NCBI GenBank assembly: GCA_903907985.1
Contig: CAIVQG010000030.1
Span: forward strand, 25,534-89,533
DNA length: 64,000 nt
From: an uncultured delta proteobacterium
GTDB taxonomy: Bacteria > Desulfobacterota > Syntrophia > Syntrophales > Smithellaceae
Reading direction: 5' to 3'
In this document: piece after piece, positions 17,869-28,054 of the stretch
Layout of the letters: the number at the start of each line of letters is the position of its first letter
Position numbering within the stretch: the first letter of the stretch is position 1
The notes under the pieces: generated by a model
What the model saw: the letters and a program-made list of their open reading frames with translations, nothing else
What the model was told of the DNA's origin: nothing
The model's database searches: none
Position numbers and translations under genes: made by a program

Positions 17869-19338
17869 ATGAAAATTCTTCTTGCCGGTTACAATTTAGA
17901 TTATGATCTGATCTGCGAACTCCAGAACAAATGCGCGACCTCGCAGGATATTACTCCGGAAACAATTTCGGCTGCCTATGCCCGCATCAGCCGCAGCCCG
18001 AAATCGGTTGACGAACTGCGTTCCGACGCCCGTGGGGAAGTGGAAAAAGCACGGAAGTCCAACCGCAATATTGTTTTTGAAATGGGACACAGCTCGGTTG
18101 CGGAACATGCTGTCTTTAATATTGATATAATTGGCGCCTCCCGGTTGTTAATTGAAGAAATTGAAAAATTTCGTTTGTGCTCCTATACGGAAAAATCCCA
18201 GCGCTATGTTCTTTTTAATAAGGATTTTGTCATCCCTGAAGAGATAAAGAAGGCCGGCCTAACAGAGCTGTTTGCGGCCACTATCGGCCTGCAAAATGGT
18301 TATTATCGCGAGCTATACGAACAGCTGCGGCCTTACGTCTTTACTGCCAATAAAGATCTGGCGGAAAATCCCGCCAACAAATCACTGTTGGAAGGCTGGG
18401 CCAAGGAAGATGCGCGTTATACAATTTCCCTGGCGACCCAGACCCAATTGGGTATGACCATCAACGCCCGCAATTTGGAACTGATGCTGAGAAGGCTTGC
18501 GGCATTGCCGCTGGCGGAAGCACAGGAATACAGTAAAAAATTATTTGCGGTCACCAAAGACATTGCCCCATCGCTCATTCGTTATACTCAAGCCACCGAT
18601 TATGACCGCCTCACCAGAGCTAATCTGCAAAAGCAGGCCGCCATATTGTCGAAAAAATATTCTTCTTCGGCCGTTGTTAAAAAATATCCGGTCGTACAAA
18701 TATCTTTTGTGACGCCTGATGCCGATGTCAGGACCGCTGCCGCGCTGCTTTTCTCGGCAACGGGTTTAAATTACCAGCAATGCCTGGCCCAAGCCGCCCA
18801 ACTCAACCCTGCAGAAAAGAAAGCGTTGTTTAAAACAACCTTTGAACATATTCAGTCCCATGATGCAGCATTACGGGAGCTGGAAAATATTGATCTGCAA
18901 TTTGAGCTGGTAGTGAGTGCCAGTTGCTTTGCTCAGTTAAAAAGACATCGGATGGCGACTATTATCGCCCAGGATTATGAACCGCAATTAGGAGTTACAA
19001 TTCCCCCCGCTATTTGCGCCATCGGGCAGCAAAAGCAGTTTCTGGAAATTATGCGCAAGACACAAGACGCCTATGAGCAAATTCGGGAAAAAGCGCCGCT
19101 TGCCGCTCCCTATATCCTGACCAATGCGCACCGCAAAAGAGTGCTGATGAAAGTCAATGCCCGCGAGCTTTATCACCTGGCGCGCCTGCGCGCAGATGGA
19201 CACGCCCAATGGGACATTCGCCAGCTTGCGGAAGAAATGCTCAAAAAAGCAAAAAAAGTCATGCCGCTGACACTTCTGCTGGCCTGCGGTAAAGATAGTT
19301 TTGCTGACCTGTACAAAAAGACCTTCCCGCATATTTAA
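17869..19338 (+). CDS. thyX: FAD-dependent thymidylate synthase ThyX, fused tandem-domain form
   Basis: 489 aa, about twice the size of a normal ThyX. Domain 1 carries HSSVAEH..KFRLCSYTEKSQRYV and domain 2 carries LKRHRMATIIAQDY. Both halves end with the NAR.L..L..LR helix. Confidence 0.8.
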   Translation: MKILLAGYNLDYDLICELQNKCATSQDITPETISAAYARISRSPKSVDELRSDARGEVEKARKSNRNIVFEMGHSSVAEHAVFNIDIIGASRLLIEEIEKFRLCSYTEKSQRYVLFNKDFVIPEEIKKAGLTELFAATIGLQNGYYRELYEQLRPYVFTANKDLAENPANKSLLEGWAKEDARYTISLATQTQLGMTINARNLELMLRRLAALPLAEAQEYSKKLFAVTKDIAPSLIRYTQATDYDRLTRANLQKQAAILSKKYSSSAVVKKYPVVQISFVTPDADVRTAAALLFSATGLNYQQCLAQAAQLNPAEKKALFKTTFEHIQSHDAALRELENIDLQFELVVSASCFAQLKRHRMATIIAQDYEPQLGVTIPPAICAIGQQKQFLEIMRKTQDAYEQIREKAPLAAPYILTNAHRKRVLMKVNARELYHLARLRADGHAQWDIRQLAEEMLKKAKKVMPLTLLLACGKDSFADLYKKTFPHI

Positions 19339-19361
19339 CCATATTTAGTAAGCGTGATTGC

Positions 19362-20738
19362 ATGACAGCGGACAAAAAACAACTGTATATTCTTCTTTGC
19401 GCCACTACCCTGAGCTCATTTTTAACACCATTTATGGGTTCGGGCGTATATGTTGCCTTACCCGTTATGGCCCGAGAGCTATCGATGACCGCGCTTACTT
19501 TAAGCTGGGTAGCTTCGTCCTTTATTCTGGCGGCGGCAATTACTCTGGTGCCCTTGGGGAGATTGGCTGATATTTATGGCCGAAAAAAGATTTTTCTCTC
19601 TGGCGCCGTCATCTTTACCCTTTCTTCGTTTCTCTGCGCCTGGTCACCGACGTCGACATTTCTTATCTTTGTCCGGGTGATCCAGGGTGTTGGCGGTGCA
19701 ATGATCTTCAGCACCGGCACAGCAATGTTGATTTCCGCTTATCCTCCCGAGGAACGAGGTAAAATATTGGGGATTAACATAGCAGCCGTTTATATCGGAT
19801 TGACGGTTGGTCCTTTTATCGGCGGCTTGCTGACTGAACGCCTGGGCTGGAGATACATTTTTCTTTTTACGTCCTTACTGGGAATTCTGGTGATCTTCCT
19901 TATTGCTTTTATGATTAAAGAAGAATGGAAAGGCGCTGAAAATGAAGGCTTTGATTTCACCGGTTCCCTGCTTTATGGTGTAGCGCTTTTTGCTGTTATG
20001 TACGGTTTTTCCTTACTGCCGGAGTTACCGGCAGTCGGACTGATCGGCTTGGGCGTTATTTGTTTTGGTTTCTTTATGCGCCAGCAACTGAGGACACCTT
20101 ATCCTTTGCTGGACCTTCGTCTTTTTCTGGACAATAAAGTTTTTGCCTTTTCCAATCTGGCGGCTTTGATCAACTACTGTGCCACGTTTGCCGTAACTTT
20201 TTTATTGAGTCTTTATTTGCAGCATATCAAAGCGCTGACTCCTTCGCAGACAGGAATAATATTGATTGCCGAACCGGCGGTCCAGGCATTGTTTTCCCCA
20301 CTTGCCGGAAGGCTTTCGGACCGTTTTGAACCGCGGATTATTGCCTCCCTGGGTATGGCTTTAAATGTACTGGGCTTGGTTCCGTTAATGTTTATCCGGT
20401 CGGATACCAGCATCCATTATATTGTGCTGTGTCTGATTGTGCTGGGTGTTGGTTTTGCGCTTTTTTCTTCACCCAATGTTAATGCCACAATGAGCGCTGT
20501 CGAAAATAAATATTACGGGATAGCTTCCTCAATACTATCAACAATGCGGCTGGTGGGCCAAATGTTCAGCATGGGCATCACCATGCTGGTTTTTGCCGTT
20601 ATTTTAGGAAACTCTCCATTGGCCCAGGCCAGCAATCCTTTGCTTCTGAAAAGTACGCAAATAATTTTTTTCATTCTCGGCATCCTTTGCTGTGCCGGAA
20701 TTTTTGCTTCCCTGGCCCGGGGTAAAGTTCGTCAATAG
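19362..20738 (+). CDS. MFS transporter (DHA2 / EmrB-QacA-like, 14-TM type)
   Basis: 458 aa and polytopic. It carries the MFS motif GRLADIYGRKKIF. Confidence 0.8.
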   Translation: MTADKKQLYILLCATTLSSFLTPFMGSGVYVALPVMARELSMTALTLSWVASSFILAAAITLVPLGRLADIYGRKKIFLSGAVIFTLSSFLCAWSPTSTFLIFVRVIQGVGGAMIFSTGTAMLISAYPPEERGKILGINIAAVYIGLTVGPFIGGLLTERLGWRYIFLFTSLLGILVIFLIAFMIKEEWKGAENEGFDFTGSLLYGVALFAVMYGFSLLPELPAVGLIGLGVICFGFFMRQQLRTPYPLLDLRLFLDNKVFAFSNLAALINYCATFAVTFLLSLYLQHIKALTPSQTGIILIAEPAVQALFSPLAGRLSDRFEPRIIASLGMALNVLGLVPLMFIRSDTSIHYIVLCLIVLGVGFALFSSPNVNATMSAVENKYYGIASSILSTMRLVGQMFSMGITMLVFAVILGNSPLAQASNPLLLKSTQIIFFILGILCCAGIFASLARGKVRQ

Positions 20739-20800
20739 AAGATCAATACCAACTGCTTTAGTTGGTCCCAAGATGGATAACAGTATGAATAGAGAGAACC

Positions 20801-21316
20801 ATGATTCGTAGATGTATCGACAATGATTTTGCCGCGATTTTGGAGATCATCAACGATGCGGCGCAAGCATATAAAGGAGTGATTCCGGAAGATCGCTGGC
20901 ATGATCCTTATATGACGCTAGAGCAATTGCAGCAGGAGGTTGCTTCCGGCGTTTGTTTCTGGGGCTTTGAGGAAAAGGCGCGGTTAACCGGTGTAATGGG
21001 AATTCAGGACAAAGGTGATGTTACACTTATTCGCCATGCCTATGTCAGAACGAACTTGAGAAATTGCGGGACGGGTTCGCTGCTGTTAAAACACCTGGAG
21101 ACGATGACGCAAAAGCAAATTCTGATCGGCACCTGGGCTGATGCGGTCTGGGCAGTCACTTTTTACGAGAAGAATGGTTACCGACTGGTTTCCCCGGAGG
21201 AGAAAAACCGCCTGCTCAAAAAATATTGGAATATTCCCGACCGGCAGATCGCAACATCCGTAGTTCTGGCCGGAGCACGGACTAATCTTTCCAACAGCGA
21301 ATTACCGTATTGCTGA
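20801..21316 (+). CDS. GNAT family N-acetyltransferase
   Basis: 171 aa with a GNAT-like fold signature: VRTNLRNCGTGSLLLKHLE ... FYEKNGY. Confidence 0.7.
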   Translation: MIRRCIDNDFAAILEIINDAAQAYKGVIPEDRWHDPYMTLEQLQQEVASGVCFWGFEEKARLTGVMGIQDKGDVTLIRHAYVRTNLRNCGTGSLLLKHLETMTQKQILIGTWADAVWAVTFYEKNGYRLVSPEEKNRLLKKYWNIPDRQIATSVVLAGARTNLSNSELPYC

Positions 21317-21342
21317 TGCATGGTTAAAAAGAGGTTGGGTTA

Positions 21343-22419
21343 GTGATAATTTTAAAAAGAATAATTTTCCAGGAGACAACTTTTTCCAAGGTGGTTTTTT
21401 TTGCCATATTATTCATTTTAATATTATTTTCTTCGGCTCTTCAGGCCGGGGAAAATGCCGCTGGTTTAGCTTCGTGTGCTAATGTTGAAAATGATGCAGC
21501 ACGGTTGAAATGCTTCGATGATCTGACAGGTCGTAAGAAATCATTACTGGAAGCATCGCCGGCGATAACCATGACCGGGCCGGTTCTTCCGGCACCACCG
21601 CCGGAGCCAGAAAGACTTTCCCTCATGACTCAACACTGGGATCTGGATCGCGCCCACAGAAAACATACATTTTTATTGCGCTCCTATCGCCCCAATTATT
21701 TTTTGCCTGTTGCTTATAATTCATCACCCAACCAGGGTGAGCAGCTGGATGTTGATCCCACCGCCAGAGCTCAGCATAACGAAGCAAAATTCCAATTGAG
21801 TTTTAAATTGAAGGCGGTGGAAGATATGTTTAATAAAGACATTGATCTCTGGATTGCCTATACGCAACTTTCTTTCTGGCAGCTTTACAACTCGGCTTTT
21901 TCCTCGCCGTTTCGGGAGACAAATTACGAACCGGAATTGCTGGTCAATTTTCGCACTAATTACGAATTGCTTGGTTTTAAAGGCCGTTTTGTTAATGTCG
22001 GGTTTAATCATCAATCCAATGGCCGTTCCCGGCCGCTATCCCGCAGCTGGAACCGGGCGGTAGTTAATGTGGGCTGGGAAAAGAAAAATTTTGATCTGCT
22101 TTTGAAAACCTGGTTCAAGATCCCGGAAAATGAAGATAATGACGATAACCCGGACATCTTGCGATACATGGGATATGGCGAATTATGGGGAACGTACTAT
22201 TGGAACAAGCACAAATTTGCCATGATGTTCAGAAACAATTTACGGCCGGGGAATAATATTGGTGCCGTTCAACTGGATTGGGCTTTTCCTTTGCCGTTAT
22301 TTAAAAGTAACTGGTTAAAGGGCTATATCCAATATTTCAACGGCTATGGAGAAAGCCTGCTGGATTATTATCAAAGCATCAACCGGATCAGTGCCGGAAT
22401 TATGTTGACGGACTGGTAG
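21343..22419 (+). CDS. pldA: Outer-membrane phospholipase A
   Basis: GTG start and a signal peptide. OMPLA motifs are present: YEPELLVNF and GFNHQSNGRS (catalytic His-Ser region). Confidence 0.85.
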   Translation: MIILKRIIFQETTFSKVVFFAILFILILFSSALQAGENAAGLASCANVENDAARLKCFDDLTGRKKSLLEASPAITMTGPVLPAPPPEPERLSLMTQHWDLDRAHRKHTFLLRSYRPNYFLPVAYNSSPNQGEQLDVDPTARAQHNEAKFQLSFKLKAVEDMFNKDIDLWIAYTQLSFWQLYNSAFSSPFRETNYEPELLVNFRTNYELLGFKGRFVNVGFNHQSNGRSRPLSRSWNRAVVNVGWEKKNFDLLLKTWFKIPENEDNDDNPDILRYMGYGELWGTYYWNKHKFAMMFRNNLRPGNNIGAVQLDWAFPLPLFKSNWLKGYIQYFNGYGESLLDYYQSINRISAGIMLTDW

Positions 22420-22520
22420 GCCTAGTGCGATCATATTGTATGCTCTACAACCTTAAGCAATTTGTCTATCTATTGCTATTATTAAGTGAATTTTGCCACA
22501 AAACTAACCTTAAGGATGAA

Positions 22521-23564
22521 TCAATTTTCGGCGGACATCTTCTGTTTTTCGGGGATTGATGGTTTGGGAGTTGAATATTCGATCTGTCGCTGAGATAAAT
22601 ATCTATTATAACTGATTACTTTCCCGTTTTTTGTTTTCGCGTCGATCTGACGGTAGGAATACAGATGGTCCAAGACGCGTTGAACGTACTCTTGTGTTTC
22701 TTTGTAGGGAGGGATCTGGTTATTGTGTTTGATAACGCTATTTCTCCCGGCATTGTAAGCAGCCAAGGCGAGGGGAAGATTGTCGGCGAAAAGATCCAGA
22801 AGATATCGCAGATAACGAGTTCCGCCTTCGATATTATTTTCTGGATGGAAGGAATCTTCAACCTGAAGGGATTGAGCAGTCTGCGGCATGAGCTGCATCA
22901 ACCCCTGGGCTCCCTTCGGTGATACTGCTAGATGGTCGAAGTTTGATTCCATTTTGATAATAGCCTTTATCAGGGCAGCGTCCACATTGTATTTTGCCGA
23001 TGCTTTCGCAATGATATGATTGTATTTGATCATATCGGTGTCTTTGATGTTGAAAATAATTCTTTTTCCTTGATCGGATTTTCCCTCGAAATAATTTCTT
23101 CTGAAAGTGGCGAGATACAAATCCTTCATCGTGTGAAGGTAGTCATTGACGGCACGGATCGTCTGCATGGATGAGGCTACCTGTTGCTGTGCCTTGGTGA
23201 TTTCAAGGGACTCCATAACCGAAGTATCAACTCTTTTCAAAATATTTTCCTTTGTTCCCGGAGAGATCAAGGCATGGAGGTCATTATTTGCCTTTTCCCA
23301 AGATGATAACATGGCGTTGAGATCCGACACTTTCTGAGAATAATCGAGAAACTGTTTCTTCATATTATTGTAGCGGATGAAAGAAGGGATCATGTAACAA
23401 AGAAAAATTACATTTACGAAGAAAAAAAAGGTCAGTAATACGATGCTGACGGTCGAAATATTCAAATTGATGGTTCTGCGAGTGTTACCCTGAGGGATAA
23501 AGAGGATGGAGATAGGAGAAACGGCTTTCCTGTAGAGTATCTTGCATCTACGATAGAATTGCAT
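22521..23564 (-). CDS. Membrane-anchored lytic transglycosylase (SLT domain)
   Basis: N-terminal TM helix. The SLT catalytic region is IIKMESNFDHLAVSPKGAQGLMQLMP ... AYNAG. A GGGAGG RBS lies 6 nt upstream of the ATG. Confidence 0.8.
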   Translation of the reverse strand: MQFYRRCKILYRKAVSPISILFIPQGNTRRTINLNISTVSIVLLTFFFFVNVIFLCYMIPSFIRYNNMKKQFLDYSQKVSDLNAMLSSWEKANNDLHALISPGTKENILKRVDTSVMESLEITKAQQQVASSMQTIRAVNDYLHTMKDLYLATFRRNYFEGKSDQGKRIIFNIKDTDMIKYNHIIAKASAKYNVDAALIKAIIKMESNFDHLAVSPKGAQGLMQLMPQTAQSLQVEDSFHPENNIEGGTRYLRYLLDLFADNLPLALAAYNAGRNSVIKHNNQIPPYKETQEYVQRVLDHLYSYRQIDAKTKNGKVISYNRYLSQRQIEYSTPKPSIPEKQKMSAEN

Positions 23565-23865
23565 GACAATCCTCCCTTCAAAGTAAAATATCAGAGCAGT
23601 AATATAACGTGACTGATTTGATGATCATCCACTGTCAAAGCAGTGTTATAATGCATGGAACATCGGTTGTTTCTTAATTGACTGGCCTAAACGAGCAACC
23701 TGGAGATAAGCAGCGAGCAAAGTCTTTGAATAAACGAGCGCCATTCAGTGCGGCAAGTTATGACACAGCCATGAAGCAAGATGCAAGCATTTATTGCAAA
23801 TATTTTATAACTAGATGTATTTACAAGCGTATATTTGTAGAGAGGTGAGCATGTAAATTCAGTGA

Positions 23866-23905
23866 TATAGGCGAGATTCGTGTTTAATAGCGAATCTCGC
23901 CTATA
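23866..23905 (-). terminator. Perfect 15-bp stem hairpin at the end of the ilv-SDR operon
   Basis: TATAGGCGAGATTCG-tgtttaatag-CGAATCTCGCCTATA lies 25 nt downstream of the SDR stop. It has no clean U-run. Confidence 0.5.
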
Positions 23906-23929
23906 AGAGAATGGTCTAAGATTAATTCA

Positions 23930-24724
23930 TTAGCCTTTAGATCCCAGGCGCAAGCCGCCGGTAATAAAATAAACCTCTCCGGCCAGCGCTTCATTACGGT
24001 AAATTTCAGCAACCAGGGATGCCACTTCCGCCGGTTCAATCAGCCGGCCAATGGGAACATCGGATACTATTTTTTCCAGGGCTTTTTGATCCATGCCTTT
24101 AACCATAGCTGTTCCGACATAACCAGGTGCAACGGCCACGCAGCGGATTTTACCAGCCATGCCGCGCCGGAAAAATTCGGCCGTAATAACTTTGGGCATA
24201 ACCGACATGGCCGCTTTCGTTGAAGAATAATTAATCTGGCCTGCTGTCCCCAGAGATCCTGTTGAAGAGATAAGGCAGATAAGACCCTGGCAGTTATTGT
24301 TAATCATCCGTTCCGCACAGTCCCGCACCGTTAGAAATACGCCGGTCAGGTTAATATCGATGACGGACCTGAACTGATCCAGCGTCATTTTTCTGCTTAT
24401 TTTTCCTGTTTCTTTATCCGGGGAAACCATCATGGCGTCTTTGATAATTCCGGCAAACGGTGCTACCAGATTAATTTTACCAAATCGGGCAATGGCGGCA
24501 TCGGCTAATTTTGCCGTATCTTCTTCGTCGGTTACATTGCATACAACCGAGAGAACTTCCCCTCCCAGGGCTTTTAATTCCGCCTCGGCCCCTTCGAGGA
24601 ACTTCGGTAAAATATCGGCAATGACAACTTTGCCGCCATTTTTTACCCAGTATCTGGCCAACTCGAGGCCGATACCTCCTCCACCACCGGTAATAACAGC
24701 TACAGCATCTTTAATTTCCAACAT
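23930..24724 (-). CDS. SDR family oxidoreductase (FabG-like)
   Basis: Motifs ITGGGGGIG and YSSTKAA (YxxxK). I chose the start at 24724 (MLEIKD) because GGAGGG lies upstream and because the longer ORF (start 24775) would overlap ilvD. Confidence 0.8.
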   Translation of the reverse strand: MLEIKDAVAVITGGGGGIGLELARYWVKNGGKVVIADILPKFLEGAEAELKALGGEVLSVVCNVTDEEDTAKLADAAIARFGKINLVAPFAGIIKDAMMVSPDKETGKISRKMTLDQFRSVIDINLTGVFLTVRDCAERMINNNCQGLICLISSTGSLGTAGQINYSSTKAAMSVMPKVITAEFFRRGMAGKIRCVAVAPGYVGTAMVKGMDQKALEKIVSDVPIGRLIEPAEVASLVAEIYRNEALAGEVYFITGGLRLGSKG

Positions 24725-24755
24725 AACGCCAGTCCCTCCTTCTTCGGTTGAAGAT

Positions 24756-26417
24756 TTAATCTTTGAAAATAGCACCTGTAGATGCGGACGTGACGAGCCT
24801 GGCGTAGCGTGCCAGATAACCGCTCGTGATCGAGGTCTTAAAGGGCTTCAAAGACTTTCTGCGCTTTTCGAGCTCCTTGTCGCTGACTTGCAAATTAAGA
24901 GTTTTTGCCGGAATATTAATAGCAATGATGTCGCCTTCTTTCACTAAAGCAATAGGGCCGCCTTCGGCCGCTTCCGGTGAAATATGGCCGATTGCCGCGC
25001 CCTGAGTGCCGCCGCTGAAACGGCCGTCAGTCAAGAGGGCGACAGCTTTATCCAAACCCATGCCGACTATGGCTGATGTCGGTCCGAGCATTTCGCGCAT
25101 GCCCGGGCCGCCTTTCGGCCCCTCATAGCGGATAACTACAACATCACCGGCCTTAATTTTTCCGCCCAAAATTGCTGCAATGGCATCATCTTCACAGTTA
25201 AAGACCCGGGCCTTGCCTTCATTCACCTGCATGGCGGCGGCCACGGCTGATTGTTTGACCACCGCTCCGTCCGGTGCCAGGTTGCCGCGCAAAACGGCTA
25301 TACCGCCCTGGGGCGAGTAAGGATTATTCAAGGGACGGATAACTTTGTCATCCAAAACACGGGCATTTTTTAAATTGGCTTCAACAGTTTTACCGGTTAC
25401 AGTCAGTGCTTTTTTATTAATAACGCCAATAGTGTTAATGACCTTCATTACGGCCTGAATGCCGCCCGCGGTATCGAGATCTTCAATATGATGAGGCCCG
25501 GCCGGACTTAATTTACAGAGGTTCGGTGTTTTCTCGCTGATTTTGTTGAAAAGGTTCAAGTCCAGTTTAATGCCCGCTTCGTGGGCAATGGCCGGAATAT
25601 GCAAAACGGTGTTGGTTGAGCAGCCCAGCGCCATATCGACAGCAATGGCATTTTGAAAAGCGGCTAGAGTGGCGATATCGCGCGGTTTGATATTCTTTTT
25701 GTAGAGCTCCATAATTTTCATGCCGGCATATTTGGCTAAGCGGTGGCGGGCAGCCTGAACGGCGGGAATCGTGCCATTACCGGGAAGACCGAGTCCCAAA
25801 GCCTCAGTCACGCAATTCATGGAGTTGGCCGTGTACATGCCGGAGCAGGAACCACAACCGGGACAAGCGCAATCTTCGAGTTGTTTTAATTCGGTTTGGG
25901 TCATGCGCTTGGATTTGACCGCTCCCACACCTTCAAACACACTGATCAGGTCAACGGCCTTTCCGGCCATTTTTCCGGCAAGCATGGGCCCGCCGCTGAT
26001 AAAAATTGCCGGGATATTCAAACGCATTGCCGCCATGAGCATGCCGGGGATGATTTTGTCGCAGTTGGGAATAAAAACCAGAGCGTCAAAAGGATGCGCG
26101 CTGGCCATGATTTCAATGGAGTCGGCAATCAATTCGCGGCTGGCCAGCGAATATTTCATGCCGGCATGTCCCATCGCGATGCCGTCACAAACACCGATAA
26201 CCGGAAATTCCACCGGCGTTCCACCGGACATGCGAATTCCAGCTTTCACATCCTGAGTAATTAAGTCCAGATGGATGTGACCGGGAATTATTTCATTGGC
26301 GGAATTGACAACACCGATTAACGGCCGGGCAATTTCTTCATCCGTGTAACCCATGGCCTTAAAGAGCGAACGATGCGGTGCCCTTTCCAGCCCCTTCTTC
26401 ATTAGATCGCTGCGCAT
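24756..26417 (-). CDS. ilvD: Dihydroxy-acid dehydratase
   Basis: 553 aa. Motifs: [38 protein letters not shown]. Confidence 0.95.
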   Translation of the reverse strand: MRSDLMKKGLERAPHRSLFKAMGYTDEEIARPLIGVVNSANEIIPGHIHLDLITQDVKAGIRMSGGTPVEFPVIGVCDGIAMGHAGMKYSLASRELIADSIEIMASAHPFDALVFIPNCDKIIPGMLMAAMRLNIPAIFISGGPMLAGKMAGKAVDLISVFEGVGAVKSKRMTQTELKQLEDCACPGCGSCSGMYTANSMNCVTEALGLGLPGNGTIPAVQAARHRLAKYAGMKIMELYKKNIKPRDIATLAAFQNAIAVDMALGCSTNTVLHIPAIAHEAGIKLDLNLFNKISEKTPNLCKLSPAGPHHIEDLDTAGGIQAVMKVINTIGVINKKALTVTGKTVEANLKNARVLDDKVIRPLNNPYSPQGGIAVLRGNLAPDGAVVKQSAVAAAMQVNEGKARVFNCEDDAIAAILGGKIKAGDVVVIRYEGPKGGPGMREMLGPTSAIVGMGLDKAVALLTDGRFSGGTQGAAIGHISPEAAEGGPIALVKEGDIIAINIPAKTLNLQVSDKELEKRRKSLKPFKTSITSGYLARYARLVTSASTGAIFKD

Positions 26418-26430
26418 AGTATTTTCTCCA

Positions 26431-27489
26431 TTATTGCTTCTTTCTTTTTTCCGGTCTCAGAGCGCGCACCGCCGCACCGGCCTGCCACATTTCGGATTCC
26501 CGCATTTCTTTGAGTTCGGCGTCGAGCTTCACTTTATAGTCAGCCGCGCTGTTTACTCTCAGGACGATTTCCGTTTCTTTGCCGGTGGCCACTGCGTCGT
26601 AGAGTTCGGCAAAGACCGGTTCCACAGCCTTGCGGAATTTATGCCGCCAGTCCAAAGCACCCCTTTGTGCCGTTGTGGAGCAATTAGCATACATCCAATC
26701 CATGCCATTTTCACCTACCAACCGGATCAGGCTTTGCGTCAGCTCCTCAACAGTCTCGTTGAAAGCTTCACTGGGAGTGTGGCCGTGTTTGCGTAATTCA
26801 TTGTATTGAGCCTCCATCATTCCGGCCAGAGCACCCATGAGAACACCGCGTTCACCGGTCAAGTCGCTATAGACTTCCATCTGGAAAGTAGTCGGGAAAA
26901 GGAATCCGGAACCAATGGCAATACCCAGAGCAAGTGTTCTTTCCATGGCCCGGCCGGTGGCATCCTGATGCACGGCGATGCTGCTGTTAATGCCGCTGCC
27001 ATCCAGGAAATTGCGTCGTACGCTGGTGCCCGAACCTTTTGGGGCCACCATAATTACATCCACAAAATCAGGGGGAATGACACCGGTCTGTTCTTTATAG
27101 ACAATAGAGAAGCCATGGGAGAAATAAAGGGCATCACCCTTTTTCAAATTGGCCTTAACCTTGGGCCAGATCATCATTTGGGCGGCATCGGAAACCAGAT
27201 ACTGAATAATCGTCCCGCGTTTTACCGCTTCTTCTATCGGGAAAAGAGTTTTGCCGGGAATCCAGCCGTCGGCGACGGCTTTATCCCAGTAGGCTTTATC
27301 TTCCTCGGCCTGACCGATAATTACATTAATACCATTGTCTTTCATATTAAAAGCCTGTGCCGGACCCTGGACACCATAGCCAATTATCGCAATAACTTCA
27401 TTTTTTAAAACTTCCTGAGCTTTTTTAATCGAAAACTCGTCTACCGTAATAACATCTTCTAAAGTGCCGCCAAAATTAATTTGTGCCAT
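26431..27489 (-). CDS. ilvC: Ketol-acid reductoisomerase
   Basis: 352 aa. Motifs: [19 protein letters not shown] and the conserved [11 protein letters not shown]. Confidence 0.95.
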   Translation of the reverse strand: MAQINFGGTLEDVITVDEFSIKKAQEVLKNEVIAIIGYGVQGPAQAFNMKDNGINVIIGQAEEDKAYWDKAVADGWIPGKTLFPIEEAVKRGTIIQYLVSDAAQMMIWPKVKANLKKGDALYFSHGFSIVYKEQTGVIPPDFVDVIMVAPKGSGTSVRRNFLDGSGINSSIAVHQDATGRAMERTLALGIAIGSGFLFPTTFQMEVYSDLTGERGVLMGALAGMMEAQYNELRKHGHTPSEAFNETVEELTQSLIRLVGENGMDWMYANCSTTAQRGALDWRHKFRKAVEPVFAELYDAVATGKETEIVLRVNSAADYKVKLDAELKEMRESEMWQAGAAVRALRPEKRKKQ

Positions 27490-27540
27490 AAGACCCCCTT
27501 AATAGTTTAAATATAATTAATCAGTTTGATCATGCAAATA

Positions 27541-28026
27541 CTAGTTTTCCAGTTCCAATGCCACAATGCCTGTTCTGGTAATATCGGCGATCCCCAGCGG
27601 TTCCAGCCGGGCAATGGCAAAATCAATTTGCGGTTTATCGCCGGTTATTTCCAGAATAAGATAAGTATTAGCGGACACTATTACTTTCCATTTATATGTG
27701 TCAATGGCTTTTTCGATTTTTGCCCTGGAATCTGCCGTTAAGCTCAGTTTGACGAGGATCAGTTCGCGGTTAATGGACTCGACATTGGTTAAATCATCTA
27801 CTCCAATAACATCGACAATCCTGCGCAGCTGATTTTCAATCTTGGTTATAGTAGTCTGATTGCCGATGGATGTCATCACGATTTTGGATATTTCATAGGA
27901 AGTCGTTGTGTTAACAGACAGGCTTTCGATGTTGTATCCCTTGCCACCCAATGCCCCGGCGATTCTGGCCAGCACATCCGGCTTATTGTGGACTAATATT
28001 GAAATTATATGCTCTTTTGTTTCCAT
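27541..28026 (-). CDS. ilvN: Acetolactate synthase small (regulatory) subunit
   Basis: 161 aa. The N-terminal ACT domain reads HIISILVHNKPDVLARIAGALGGKGYNIESL. It lies between ilvB and ilvC. Confidence 0.9.
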   Translation of the reverse strand: METKEHIISILVHNKPDVLARIAGALGGKGYNIESLSVNTTTSYEISKIVMTSIGNQTTITKIENQLRRIVDVIGVDDLTNVESINRELILVKLSLTADSRAKIEKAIDTYKWKVIVSANTYLILEITGDKPQIDFAIARLEPLGIADITRTGIVALELEN

Positions 28027-28054
28027 CTTTCTTTACCCTTTCTATCTTTTAACT

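Noticed and set aside
24725-24775. Longer N-terminal extensions offered by the ORF track for several genes: the SDR to 24775, ilvB to 29773, the DUF2889-like gene to 45767, the unknown protein to 56037, M48 to 58613, hotdog to 60944 and the nitroreductase to 62801.
   Set aside because: In each case the extension overlaps the upstream gene by 20-90 nt or lacks an RBS, while an internal ATG has a better Shine-Dalgarno sequence or gives the typical 1-14-nt coupling overlap. The start choices remain predictions.
25771-27408. Several 120-200-aa plus-strand ORFs (25771..26256, 25896..26264, 26353..26796, 26806..27408).
   Set aside because: They are antisense to ilvD and ilvC, whose identities are certain, so they are shadow ORFs.
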